Notes under the pieces: generated by a model
Databases searched by the model: none
What the model was told of the DNA's origin: nothing
The model's input: only the letters and a program-made list of their open reading frames with translations
Program-made: the position numbers and the translations under genes
Assembly (NCBI GenBank): GCA_001687465.1
Contig: LVLI01000607.1
Location: forward strand, 1-43,233
Direction: 5' to 3'
DNA length: 43,233 bases
Source of the DNA: Halocafeteria seosinensis
Lineage: Eukaryota
In this document: positions 22,901-33,708 of the stretch, piece after piece
How the letters are laid out: every line of letters starts with the position of its first letter
Position numbering within the stretch: position 1 is the stretch's first letter

Positions 22901-23453
22901 GTTCCATGTTAGCTGGGTTATGTATGTGAAAGTCCGAGTACACCAAGTATCCCACGAGCTCCAAGGCAAGGTGTATGAACTCTCCTCAGATACCGAAGAG
23001 AACGTCGATTGCTACCTCAACTCTTTGAACTCGCATGAACTGGTAGAGCTCACGAATGCCACCGTCAATGTTGCCAAAACGGATTTGGCAGTAATATTGG
23101 CACGCCTCCACAACACCGGAGAGGACCATCACACGGAGCAAAAGAATGGCCAACCCAGCCGTCCAAGCATTCCTCATCATGAGGACGCACTGAAACTCTT
23201 AAGTCTCTTGAAACATACGAATCAGAGGTGGAGACATATTGCAGATGGAGTGGAGGCATCAAAGTTGTCCACGTCTTCCGATGCGCTGGGGACAAACGGC
23301 GTTGCTCACGACAAAGTGCTATCCGAGGTGTCCACGTGGCCAATACCGCAGACGTTTCCGTTGTATTCGATTTACGTTACAACTCGGTACGCATACCGTA
23401 TAAGTCAAACTGTCCTTGAAGAACTGGCCCTGCTAACAAAAGATGGTACCTAG
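19905..23453 (+). CDS. Large intronless multi-pass membrane protein (protist 7TM/TRP-like region plus long cytoplasmic tail)
   Basis: The 3.6-kb ORF has its first ATG at 19905 and about 8-9 hydrophobic segments. The motif YVC..RLAAD..VGC...H..IGFVFGFP..YMWLFSSFK is typical of protist 7TM-like proteins. Confidence 0.8.
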   Translation: MSERKLVAKPSLSSSSDGGKGASAAAAGRDMEAYESKGHVFQAHSTEDDADSAANSTASTPRMGEVHTAWNGHTEATEGAQAPSMDAYRDDAGGNHVSGGDKSSLRGSATSLLNDCRRLYHRRKIERRGQLFWVEKFLLLWELWQGFGLLWALSLGWPWPRAWLQWSSWMVFSTIDYVSYSSHLHDRRGIAPGTSGSDIAESDWGQETGYLDSVIVWIVLPIVGVGTLALLKRSNTYVLRDLFPVWITLSFWFTVMAYLLYVPISMHLVRIYVCEDIEQLEGTRLAADKHVGCNSPKHVLVMLIALPTTIGFVFGFPLWLLYHLRKTVVHTADTPHAHERYLQLKEAEHMFELSRDWQYEYMWLFSSFKRDKLRLYTRAIWIGCMFATVLIYAFLRISPALQADLFFLILLFWTIKSWLYPPFRCGSSNALYLPSVLTLLFSAGFSLVRAHEIQSPLGVATKFTDMMQDGTAAVIALLLLWLLACALPCFSWPRGFLGPFLWERVWIPVENRGLINARQLFTILAERELELRPEYMKSKEIITRFSELPAKKVSVKSEEFSTQRPNTTTAQEEEWDYDSDDELDRLLKERESMEVTGLDPLESPNDQEEFENNDQEILSETGRAGSVSKSRRFSVRTATSSNSQGALATPNSLYILQRERQMVESIFVNLPKLCKACSKLWRVLRIAFSGENKLSYMWGLFQVRCNDDVRLGKFGFVRIDGTSEACRSYWRSYSVKFLAPHLVAEESNELYDSYHISGQSLPRSSAILQEMKPHIVSMNIPRVSEAFQTLGDLEQQDPEESMPLSIIDLVVFEIKWLLLLKRCDALVLHAETVHGEATDLSALWECAKEVKMEFYRARKMRHILAESLSTKLDDISRIIEIRRHHSKENPVIRSALNSLHEGMAAREYHLSLVSPKLKGTVTKLLALSAWIGDRSIASAFPADAYEKELRSLSRMRKSLEQAPRGSSKPKAWTRRDSMDPMCRKLGLPAKARRWPLSKKFHVSWVMYVKVRVHQVSHELQGKVYELSSDTEENVDCYLNSLNSHELVELTNATVNVAKTDLAVILARLHNTGEDHHTEQKNGQPSRPSIPHHEDALKLLSLLKHTNQRWRHIADGVEASKLSTSSDALGTNGVAHDKVLSEVSTWPIPQTFPLYSIYVTTRYAYRISQTVLEELALLTKDGT

Positions 23454-24481
23454 ACGCCAACCCCATTGACGGATTTTGACGCCTGCTTTCCTTTGGACAA
23501 ACCAGGATTTAGTCTCAGATACATGATCACCATTACTTGCACGGTTGTCACGAAGGATCCCCATCCTTGTGAGATTATCATTGGTGTTGAGTGCTCCATT
23601 ATTCCTAAAATAAACCATGCTGTACACGAAATCCAGTTAGTGAAACAGAGGCAGGCTGGGAACACGTTAGCATCCATCTTCTGGAAGGCCTGAACAAAAC
23701 AACACCAGACCCCGGTTGATCAAGGTGATCAGCTGAAGTAGTATCAAGCACATGGTCTCATATCTTACCTCTCGCAGCCCCAATAGCGGGCTTGCATTGA
23801 AGAAAGCGCTAGCCAAGCCGAACGCCACTCCCAAATCGCGCTTAATCAAATCTGGTTTCTGAGCATCCGTCGTGGTATCTTGACTTTGCCCGCCAGCTTC
23901 CATAACGGAGCTTTTCCTTCGATAGTAGAAAACATCGAACGACAAGAAGATAATGATGGTAATAAAGCCAAATAGCCAGAGTAGGTCTTCCCGAAGTTTT
24001 TTGTTGGACTTGTTTCCGTATCGCAATATCACCAAGATGTACGCGATGGAGAGCACACTTGCTGCAGCTCGTTGCGCAATCATGGGAGCCAGACCCTGTA
24101 CACAGCAGTACAACAAGTACACGGTCACGAAACACCCCCAACCCTAGTTGTTTGTATGTTCCCTTCTCCATTTTTTTTTCTCAATACGAGCGAGACTTGC
24201 AAGCAAAGGGATCAAGTTACAACTGCGACACTTACGAGATAATAGCCGTACCATAGCGAAAGCGCGTTATTCAGTAGCATTCCCACGAATGTGGGCATGC
24301 TCATCCCTCCTTCTCTTCCTCCTCCTCCTTGTTGGTTGTGATGGTCCGAATCCACGTGAGCATGTGCTGTGGGGGATGGTGTGCCTCTCTTATACAGCTG
24401 GTAGATGGTGGGCAAAGGACTAGCTGTGACAATGGTGCTGCTGATGACGGCAGTCAAGCTTATTACGCTCTGTAGCGCCAT
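23450..24481 (-). CDS. SWEET/MtN3-family sugar transporter-like protein, 3 exons
   Basis: Exons 24481-24236, 24095-23769, 23689-23450. Two MtN3 repeats: ASPLPTIYQLYK..PTFVGMLLNNALSLWYG and FNASPLLGLREAF..FP...FTNWISCTAWFILG. Confidence 0.8.
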
Positions 24482-24567
24482 GTTTGTTCAGTTGCCTCCC
24501 AAATACGAACAAATAAAGAAAAGACCTATCAATACCCCAAAAAAAAAGTAGTTGTGTACACAACACA

Positions 24568-25495
24568 ATGGAGGGCCGAGCTGCTAGTTATGCAGCCAGC
24601 CGTGCTGCTGAAAGCGTCCAATCCACTGTAGGAGGCGCCTTTAACCGGGGCAAAGATAAAGTCAAAGGGACAGAAATAGACTGGTAAGTGTCTCTAGATT
24701 TTCAGTATTACTCAACGAATCAACAACTGACGGTGTATACGCTCAGGGTGGACCTGAATTGGCCGTGCCGGAAGGAGCCCTTTTCATTGCTCCATTTTGA
24801 TCTCCAAGAGCTCAAGGAGAAACGGGGCCATGATGCGTTTGCTCTCACACGGATGATGTATGCATGGTGGTTCCTAGTCTTGACGCTCGTCTTTTGGAAC
24901 TTTCTGTCGGCTTGTATCCTCACGGGAAGCATAGGAGACAAGGACATCTACAGTGGAGTAAACATCTTCTACTCCATACTCATGCTTTGCATTGGCTCAA
25001 TACTTGGAGTATTGTGCTTTTATAAAGTCTACGAAGCCGTAGGAGGAAACGAAAGCAAGCCCAAGAAACACGCACAGTACGCGCTTGTCCTCATGGGCAT
25101 CTTTATGATCATTGTAAGCCATGATACCTTTTAAATCCTTTACCGGTAGCTTGTTCAATGAGTTATTTTGGACGCAGGTCACGTTTGTAGGGAGTGGAAA
25201 TGTCAATGGCTTTGCAACCTTTGCCAACTCAGGATACAAGGATGCTAAAGATCAGTACGTACCCGGCCGTTGACATGTATATATCTATACCTAGTCAATT
25301 CCTAATGTTGTTATCTGTGTTGGCAGAGATCTCTCAATCATATCTTACTGGACAGCTATTGCTGTTATCGAGCCCCTCTTGTGGATTGTAGCCACAGCAA
25401 TTGCTGGATACGGATTTTATCGCATCCGAACTTACTCGAAACCATCGTCTTCTTCTACTTCTGCCTCGTCATCGCACAAGGAAGAAGATGTTTAG
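24568..25495 (+). CDS. Secretory carrier membrane protein (SCAMP)-like, 4 exons
   Basis: Exons 24568-24683, 24747-25113, 25178-25254, 25328-25495 splice into one frame. LNWP..LLHFDLQE..MYAWW..TLVFWNF followed by four TM segments matches SCAMP. Confidence 0.7.
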
Positions 25496-25578
25496 TCTGC
25501 GCCATGGAGCATCGGTATAGCCTATGCACATGAACAACTATATTTTCTAACGTTTACCTATCATGGCATTTTTGGGGT

Positions 25579-27485
25579 TCATACCCCTTTGTTTCCTTTC
25601 CGTACGACATAATCAAGGGAATTTAACTGTTCCAACAATGACACGAAAGCATCTAGACGAGCCAACATCTCAATACTTGAGTCATACGCAACATGTTCGT
25701 TTTGGCTATGAAACAAGGAAGCTTCCCTATTCCGTGCATTCCTAGATATATGAAGTTCCTCATTGCAGGCCGTCTTTTCGCTAGAATAAAAGCCTAGAAA
25801 GAAACCCACAGTGACAGCATTGTGGCCCACTAAGTCATAATCATCGTAAAGTGAGTGATTCCCTGTAATTTCAGCCATGGTGGCATGGCTGCATGACGTA
25901 TATGCGTGTTGCACACTTCCCAAGCTAGAAGTCATAATGGTTGTCGCTCGATCTGTTTCGCAGTGAAAACTCCCATCTCCAAAGAGCCTGCTTGCGTAGC
26001 CCATCTCGGTGGCCCCAGAAGCCATCGTACTCTGAGTCAGCAATTGACGAAGAGAAGCTCCGGAAGAGCATCTCAGCGAAGAGCGGACAGTCTTGAGGCA
26101 CCTTCGCATCGCGTCAGCATACTGTTCCCCAAACGAAAGTGACTGGCATCTTAAGATCATCTGCGTCGGTATGTCAGGACCCTGCAGCTCCACGTATGGT
26201 TTGCCGCCAAGGATCCTCAGTTCACAATTTTGCAATGAAACTTTATGCAACGAAAGAGACTCAGTAGGTTGCGTCCAAAATATTTCAGATGGCATACAAC
26301 GTTTGCTTTGGCGCCCCATCATAAAATGAACAGATGCAGCAGAGCAGTGCGGCAAACAGAGGATGCCATTGGCCAGGAGAAACTGAATTATAGCTTGTTC
26401 GACTGAGCAAGTACATAGGACAATGTTTATCTTCTCAGATGCTAGACGGTGAAACATTGCTTTCAACAGACCATGTCGCTGCTGAATACGATCTGCAATA
26501 TCAGTACGGGAAGATTTGTCTACAGTTCCACCAACTAATTCCAGGACGTTCAAATTGAGCGGGCTGCAATACACATTTGAACCCTATTACGGTGCCACGT
26601 GTTGCACAACCAGAATTGATTAACATACTCGTCGAACGCGATACAACAAAGTGGTATGCCATTTTCCCGTAGCCTGTTTAGTAGCTTTCTCGACTGTTTC
26701 AAATATTCCAGTCGGTCGACTTGTATCAGACAAGCTTGGTTGGAAACGTAAGAAGCATTAACACTCTTCCCGGGCACCAGCAGTACCGCATCATCCTCCT
26801 CTTCTTCCGCTGTGTCGACAAAATCACCATTATATAGCCGAGGAATAACCCACTCCACGATAAGTGTTTGCAGCGCATGAGTTACAGCTGGTGCAAACTG
26901 TTCGTTCAGCACCGCTGCAACCATCCCGGACACTACGCGCCGTATATCCGATAGGTCTTCCGTTTCCCAGGAGATGGTTGATTTATCAAGAGCATTCTGT
27001 GTGCAGAGGGGAGAGATAAACAAAATAGTTCGTCGATAATCCAAGGTTCATCGTGCATCGACCTACCCATTCGTGAACCTGCTGTGTAATTCTCCTCAAC
27101 TCGCATACCTCCTGAAGGTCCAGTCTTTCCTGCCCTCTAGCTCTCCAGCCAGCCTGAAGCATGAGCAATAGACGTTTTGATCCATCGCCTGTTGTGCATA
27201 GGTGCCGCGGTAACTCAATGAATCTGAGACAGCTCATTCAATAATGCGCCTTCACATACCATACTTGTCAGCGTGCTGCAAGACGCTTTTCACGATGAAT
27301 GTCGCTATCGGGTGTTCGAGGGACGAACGCAGGAGAAATCGCAAAATAGAGACCCCATTACATGTTATCAAAGAAGCCCCCGTCTCCGTCTTTACGGCAA
27401 CATTGCCAGCGCGTGGTCCAAAACATGGTACCACTGTAGCGACTAGAGTATCCAGAATGAGCTGAACGGTGTCCTCCAAAGACAT
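25579..27485 (-). CDS. BBS10: Bardet-Biedl syndrome 10-like group II chaperonin (multi-exon)
   Basis: VVPCFGP..V......LITCNG..L...LEHPIATFIVKSV..H..KYGDGSK after splicing resembles the BBS10 N-terminus (GP..NG..LEHPIA.MIV..V..H..GDG.K). C-terminal SGATEM and AYDS motifs are chaperonin-like. Confidence 0.7.
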
Positions 27486-28655
27486 CGCACAACTCAGGAA
27501 ATCATCATTGCTGCTCCCATCCCCGCTGACAGCTTTTTCTACGTGATAATAACATTCGTATATAATGGGCTCAATTATTAGAGCCTCAATACCTAACTAC
27601 GCTGCTCTGTGAAGGTGGAGTCCGACGGCTTGGAAACTCCAGTGGGTCACGGTCGCTGACTCAGGTGGTAGTTTACACTGTACATACAGACTTTACAGAC
27701 CTCAACGGACATAACAGCTCACACAAGACAACACTAAGCAAACTAAATGAAGGCGGTATGTATTCCAAACTACATGAAGGGGAGTTGTATTCGATCTTGC
27801 TCCAGGCTGTCACCAAGTTCCACGCTTGGTCACCTGCTCATATGGCAACTGCATAAAACAAGCAAAACTACGGACAAATTGTTCACGTAGTGCTTCCAAC
27901 TGGAAACAGAGAAAACATATTATGGCATTTTGGTACATAGTAAGGTTCGGTTCGGAGAAGACCGGAGCCTTGCATTTTCGAAAGAAACGCTGGTGCCTCC
28001 GGTAAGCGTGGAGACTTCGTACGTGCATAATATACAACGCATAGCTGACGAATTGGATTGTCGGGCTGACAGTGACTGAAGGAATTAGAAAATCGCAGAT
28101 TCTTCGCCGCACTCGACTGTAGCCTTGTGTCGCTTCAGTGTGTCCCTAAGCAACAGAGAGTAAGTAAGCAAGCACGATCACGTTACAATTGCAATGTAAC
28201 CAATAGGGGAGATTCAGCAGCTTCTGACGCCCATATTGCTAACACTAATGCCGGATTACAGTTGAGGGGTTTTCTGTTTTTGCTATAGTCGTCAGTCCCA
28301 TCCTCTGATGTTCTCTTGTTCTCGGGTGTCAAAGCTATATACCGGCATAGCTCCTGGGAGGAAAACACCCCTCCACCACCATTGAGACCCAATTGTGGTG
28401 GATGCTAGATCGGTGGTCTTGCGAACAACTAGTTGGGTAGGATAACATATGGTTTATGGTTGTGCGTTTCGTCTATACGCAGGACACTCAATCATACTCT
28501 TGAAACCATAGATTTCGGATAATTTCTTCCCAGCTGGAGTCACAATGCAAACGATTACTCGAAGGGGACTGTGCAAAATACCATCCATGAGTCCGAAGAG
28601 CGGTTCTCTTCTTGCGAGCCATGCTGGCTCTCCTCTCTATTGCTTGTGGACGCGG

Positions 28656-30452
28656 ATGAAACTGGTCGTAACATTCTCTGCGTTACTCAAAGTCTTTTCC
28701 CCCATTCAATGTAGAGAAGGAAGCAATACATCACAGTTTCGATATCTCGGTGATAATTGGCCTTGTGTCTCTAAGTCAGGTGGCACCTATTCCCAAAGTT
28801 GTGACATTGATTCGCTGGATTCTACCAGTGTCATCGCACTGGGTCCCGGAGAAGTTTTCAACGGACATGACTATATCATCAACTTAGAAGAGGTAACAAC
28901 GGAAGGCATATTCAAAATGAAGAGCTCTGTCTCATCATTTAACGATGCTCCGGTCATTAAAAATGTTCATACCAGAGGTGGCGAAACAGATCTCCGGGGG
29001 GGATTCATCGTCCAAAGCGATCAGTCATACTTTAAGGTTGAGCATTGTAGCTCTACAGGTAAAATCACCGTACTAGGTGGGGGCATTGCAGGAAGTACTC
29101 CTGGTGAAAATGGCTATGCGGAGGTATGGCATTCTTACTCTGAAGGCGAAATAGGAACAGGGGCTGGGGGCATCGTTGGGGAGAAAGCGGGGAAAAGTGG
29201 AGAAGTCATAGTAACTCGTTGCCACTCTAGGGGAACGCTTGACGGTTACGACGCAGGCGGCATTGCTGGTCCCTCGGCTGGAAAAAGCGGTGAAATAAAG
29301 ATTTCCAAAAGTTATTCCGAAGGTAACATTGTTGGAAATAACGCAGGAGGAATTGTTGGAACTGACGCGGGTAACAATGGAGTGATTACCATATCGCAAA
29401 CTTTCTCGCTTGGTGATCTTGAGGGACGTCGCGCGGGTGGTATCACCGGCCTCCGTTGCGGTTCTGGTGGGGGTGAAGCAGAAATCTCAAACTCTTTCGC
29501 GGTGGGGAGTATCCTTGAAAGTGAACAGACAGGAGGTGCGTGCGGGGGGCGCGCTGGGAAGAACGGGGGAACAGTGAAGCTCATTAATGTTTACATGCTA
29601 TCCGATACACAAAGACAGTATCTGCTTGGAAGCATCTACAATCCTGCGCTGATCGTTGTGAAACATTGCGTTCATGGAAGTGAAAGTCTTAAGGATCCCA
29701 ACGCTGTCGCAGGAACACTGTATCAAGCGAGTCAAAGTGATATAGATAAAACGGAGAATTCAAATGATCTTCGCGACATCGCAGGTAGCTTATACGGAAA
29801 TCATTGGCCATCGGACGTCTGGTTTATTCGTAGCCCCCATAAGTACCCGGAGCTTACTAACATACCAACTGTCCAACCGGTCAGCGTACCCTCTCCAAGT
29901 TCTTCACGAACAGCGACACGTACGCCTAGCCGTACTCCTAGTCGAACGCCGTCAAAGACTCCTTCCAAAACGGCATCGCGAACGGCAACGCGGACGCCCA
30001 CTGGTACTCCCAGTCGAACCCCTTCGAGCACTCCTTCCAAAACGGCTTCGCGTACGTCGACGGCGACCCTTACTCGAACTCCGACAAATACTCCTAGCAG
30101 AATAGCATCAAGAAGCCGCACCTCCACACCTACTGTGACAAGTACTCCTACGCGCACCACGACGAGGAGCCCATCCTGTACACCGTCTGCCACATTAACA
30201 AAAACTAGAACTCCCACGCACACCAGCACCAACACCCCTTCCACCACAATGACTCAGACTTCCTCCCCGACCCCGACAAGTACGTTTACCCGGTCACCAA
30301 CTCCCACTGCCCCCCCTTCGGGTACACCAACGCGAACTGGGTCTTCAAACCCCACCGGCACCGCTACGCCATCAACGTCCCCTTCCTCCCAACCACGCCA
30401 TGTTAAACTAGTCCAGCTACCCGCTCAAAGACCCCGCCGGAGGTATGCTTGA
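28656..30452 (+). CDS. Putative secreted/surface protein with GLUG-like Gly-rich repeats and a Thr/Pro/Ser mucin-like stalk
   Basis: Signal-peptide-like MKLVVTFSALLKVFSPIQC (upstream ATGs from 28545 also possible). About six repeats of S.S.G.I....AGGI.G..AG..G.V.I, followed by (T-P-S/T-R/K)n. Intronless. Confidence 0.8.
   Translation: MKLVVTFSALLKVFSPIQCREGSNTSQFRYLGDNWPCVSKSGGTYSQSCDIDSLDSTSVIALGPGEVFNGHDYIINLEEVTTEGIFKMKSSVSSFNDAPVIKNVHTRGGETDLRGGFIVQSDQSYFKVEHCSSTGKITVLGGGIAGSTPGENGYAEVWHSYSEGEIGTGAGGIVGEKAGKSGEVIVTRCHSRGTLDGYDAGGIAGPSAGKSGEIKISKSYSEGNIVGNNAGGIVGTDAGNNGVITISQTFSLGDLEGRRAGGITGLRCGSGGGEAEISNSFAVGSILESEQTGGACGGRAGKNGGTVKLINVYMLSDTQRQYLLGSIYNPALIVVKHCVHGSESLKDPNAVAGTLYQASQSDIDKTENSNDLRDIAGSLYGNHWPSDVWFIRSPHKYPELTNIPTVQPVSVPSPSSSRTATRTPSRTPSRTPSKTPSKTASRTATRTPTGTPSRTPSSTPSKTASRTSTATLTRTPTNTPSRIASRSRTSTPTVTSTPTRTTTRSPSCTPSATLTKTRTPTHTSTNTPSTTMTQTSSPTPTSTFTRSPTPTAPPSGTPTRTGSSNPTGTATPSTSPSSQPRHVKLVQLPAQRPRRRYA
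29890..30390 (+). repeat. Degenerate 12-nt (4-codon) coding tandem repeat encoding TPS(R/K)/TPT(R/G)
   Basis: Translation RTPSRTPSRTPSKTPSKTASRTATRTPTGTPSRTPSS... Confidence 0.8.
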
Positions 30453-30817
30453 GGCTCAAGATGAGCATATGCAACAGTGCAATGCACATCTTTTCCAAGA
30501 ACTGCTGTGAAATATGAAACGTCCAACAGCAACTAATCGTCGTTTCACCTGGTAGGCGTAAGTAAAAGTAAGCCATATGAAATTAGCTACAGGTTCATTT
30601 TCCGGTTGTCCTACGTATACGTTTACCAAGAAGATGTTACTTCTTCCTACGTTTGCTCCATGGCAGCATTTATCCTCTCAAAAACGATTTCCTCCTATGT
30701 TTGTAATTACAATATCCCGTGGACCCTGTATTTCGTCCGGTAGGACGCTCACCCAGAGCCTCACTGGCACTGTAAACCCTTGCTGCAATGATGCTTTCTG
30801 ATAAACTGGGTTTTCCG

Positions 30818-32111
30818 TCATGTTATTTTTGGGGGACCCGCAAAGAGTTTGAACCTAAAATACCCATCTCCCTTCTGAGCATTGTTGTCAGTGCTATCAT
30901 TTTCATCGGTAGACTGTCTGAATATTTGCTGGCTAACTTTGGAAGTAGGCGAATCCGTTTGAGACCGAGGACGGCCTGAAGTTGGAGTATTTCCACTCCG
31001 TGTCCTTGTAGAATAACCAAGTTTCGACATTGAAAAATTGGAGAGTCGTGCAGTCATATTCCATCCATCTCTCGACGTAGCATTTGCCCCACCACCAACA
31101 ATCTCCGCTTTTTGGTTCTGACCGGCAACGTCAATCTCTACCCTGTACTTAACAGATATCATCGAGATGAAAATGAAGAATGCCAATATAATAAATAAAT
31201 AAATAAAATATAAAAAATAAAAAAAGCGTCTAAATAAGGACTACTTACGGGTATACCATCGGGTCCGACGCGCCAACGTTAGCTCCCCGCACATGGGAGG
31301 TATTAGCCACCGACACTTGGGCAATGTCAAAAATCCGACTGCGTAGTTCCAGCTCCAAAGCTTGTTGTTGGCGAGCCCTCTCCAGCACAGCGGCGGAATC
31401 ATTACTAGGATCTCTTGGGGTGACATCAACGATGAACGGGATCCTCCATTCCTCCCAAGCATGATGCTCCACGGAGCTAGTAAATCCAAACACCTTAGTG
31501 ACCTTTCTCTCCAACAGCTTTAGAGTGAATTCCGAGCGAAATGAGGATGGTGATACTTTCAAGTGGGTAGCAGCTTCAAATCGATTCACTGCGCTCTCTA
31601 CCGCCTCCACCGCACTCGACGAGCCACAAGTACAATACGCAACGTTAAATAAATCTGATGTGACCTGTGGCAGAGCCAACATAAATCCGGTAAGTAATAA
31701 TGACAGCTGGAGCTGGAAATTCTTAAACCAAAGCATAATACCTACCCGTTCGGGTTGAACTGGTCCTAACGCCCGATGGAAAAGGATGGTGTGCAAAAGA
31801 CAGCGGATAACTTCCAGAATTTGAAACTTTTCCACTTCCTGCATTATAACAAAATAATGCACAACGGGTCAGCTAATTCATATAACATAGTGATAGGCAT
31901 CGACACTGCGTAAATGAAGTGTCCCATCGAATAAACTTCCTAGGGAGCTCACTTCAAAGTCGTGGAAGTTAAAAGTCGCTGGCGACTCAATTCTTACCAT
32001 ATCGGGCAGTCTGTGGCAGATCACTCCTTGAGCATCCGTTGTGGATTGTATTGTTTTCCTCTCATACTGTTGCTGTTGCCCACCATGGTGAGAATGCTGG
32101 TCTGACGCCAT
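30818..32111 (-). CDS. ATG101: Autophagy-related protein 101
   Basis: EVE..QI.EVIRCLLHTILFHRALG.V.P, LFNVAYC, LERK...FG..AWEEWRI, LR.RI..I...HV..YP motifs. Four introns; last exon from 31142 (3' end uncertain). Confidence 0.85.
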
Positions 32112-32480
32112 TATGCCGTGTATTCAATAATATTTGCGAGGTTGAAGTTGTCTCCGTCCATCAACACTCCGCCCCTGATCTACTGTCGCGTGTAAGCTAA
32201 CTAATGACACAAGCACTATTGAATTCTACAACACACAATATAAAACAGCTTCCTGATATCAATGCACAGTGAACGCTCGTTAGTCGACGGCTCTTGTTCT
32301 TCTTCTCGGGACAGGCGCTGGCCGACAGCGAAACTTCAACTTGTCGACTTCAACTTGCCGGGCGTTAAGGCCCCTGTCGAGCTCAATACACGATCTGCAC
32401 CAACGTTTTTGGGTGTTTCATTGTCATAGTATGAATGTGTAGTGTTTGATTTAGCTGTATCCGGTGTTAGGGCATAAAAC

Positions 32481-33662
32481 ATGTCGTCGTCGTCTTTGGC
32501 AGCGGCGGGAGGAAAAAGTGGCAGCTCCCAAGCGCCCACGGAATCCCAGACCTTCTGCTCCGTATGTCGTGTAGGGAAGCCGGAGCAGATCGAGAAATTT
32601 GTAAAGGAGCACTCAACAAGTACAGACAAAACGTCCGCCAGTGGGGCGACCCAAGCGGATGATACGAGCGTTAGTAGCGGAGCGAGTGTTTCGTCAGTGT
32701 TGAAGAAATTGGGCTGGTCTAAACCCACATCAACGTCGAATGATGAAGAAAAAGGACAGGAAACTTCAACAGAACCAACGAAAGGGTCCAATAAAGAAAA
32801 TGTTAATATTGTCGACCAAACGGATCAGAGGGAATACACGGGCTTAATGTGCGCCATTGAAAATGACATGGCTCAGGAAGCCGTGAGGCAACTGATTCTG
32901 GATTATGGTGCGAACGTGAATTATCATACGGTAAGGAATACCTAATAGGGCCGAATGAAACTATTTTGCTCCGTTGGATTACATTTGTAGTCGTGTGGCA
33001 GCCACTTACGAGATTGACTCCTTTACACTTGGCGTGCAAAGAAGGGAATGCATACGCCGCTCAACTTCTTCTAGAGGTTGGTGCGAGTCCTACTGCAACA
33101 GACGTAAGCTATTCGGATGGGTTGGATAAGTCTTACAGTGATAATTATCTATTTCTTCTCGATCGGGATGTTCTGCAGATTGCTGGTAGAACTTTTTTCC
33201 ATTACGCCGCCATCGGTTTAAACGGGAAAATAATTCGACGTCTTGTTGAGCAAACCTCGAAAGATATGCTGAATTCGGCCGACGTAAGTAGACAACATAT
33301 GGACGACGCAGCCATTGTCCTCCATTATTTTTCTGATGGCAAACGCGCAGGCACTCGGCTATACTCCTCTTTTAGTCGCCACGGAACATGGCAATCTAGA
33401 TGCAGTAAGAATGATGGTCCGCTGCGGAGCCGATGCCACCAGGACGACCAAGTTAAAGCACACCGCTCTCGAACTCGCTGATTGGTACGGTCACATCGAA
33501 TTATACAACTTCCTCTGCGAGATTCTACCAGCGGGAGCTGTTGAAGAGTTCAAAGCCAATGAAGCGCAGCATGCTGCCTCCGCTGGAGTTGGGAATTCTT
33601 CACAACAGAATGAGACCAAAACTTCTGAACAAGTTACGGAAACAACCTCTAAAGAAACGTGA
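32481..33662 (+). CDS. Ankyrin-repeat protein (4 exons)
   Basis: EYTGLMCAIEN, LTPLHLACKEG, GRTFFHYAA, GYTPLLVATEHG and HTALELA are separated by phase-0 introns (donors at 32931, 33104, 33284). Confidence 0.85.
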
Positions 33663-33708
33663 GGCCCTTTAGAGATATAAAAGGTTGCAGCCATCAATCA
33701 ACAATTCG

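Noticed and set aside
27739..27792. 27-bp tandem duplication (SKLNEGGMY/SKLHEGELY)
   Set aside because: Two imperfect units in a short non-ATG ORF; most likely a neutral local duplication.
29801..30247. Antisense Val/Gly-rich ORF and other ORFs overlapping real genes (e.g. 15841-16365, 40866-41528)
   Set aside because: These are shadow frames of repetitive or biased coding sequence on the opposite strand.
3565..33178. About seven introns are 3n and stop-free (e.g. 3565-3624, 7942-7865, 8994-9074, 11531-11599, 14841-14779, 31745-31665, 33104-33178)
   Set aside because: Out of roughly 45 short introns this is not clearly above chance, so regulated retention cannot be claimed without RNA data.
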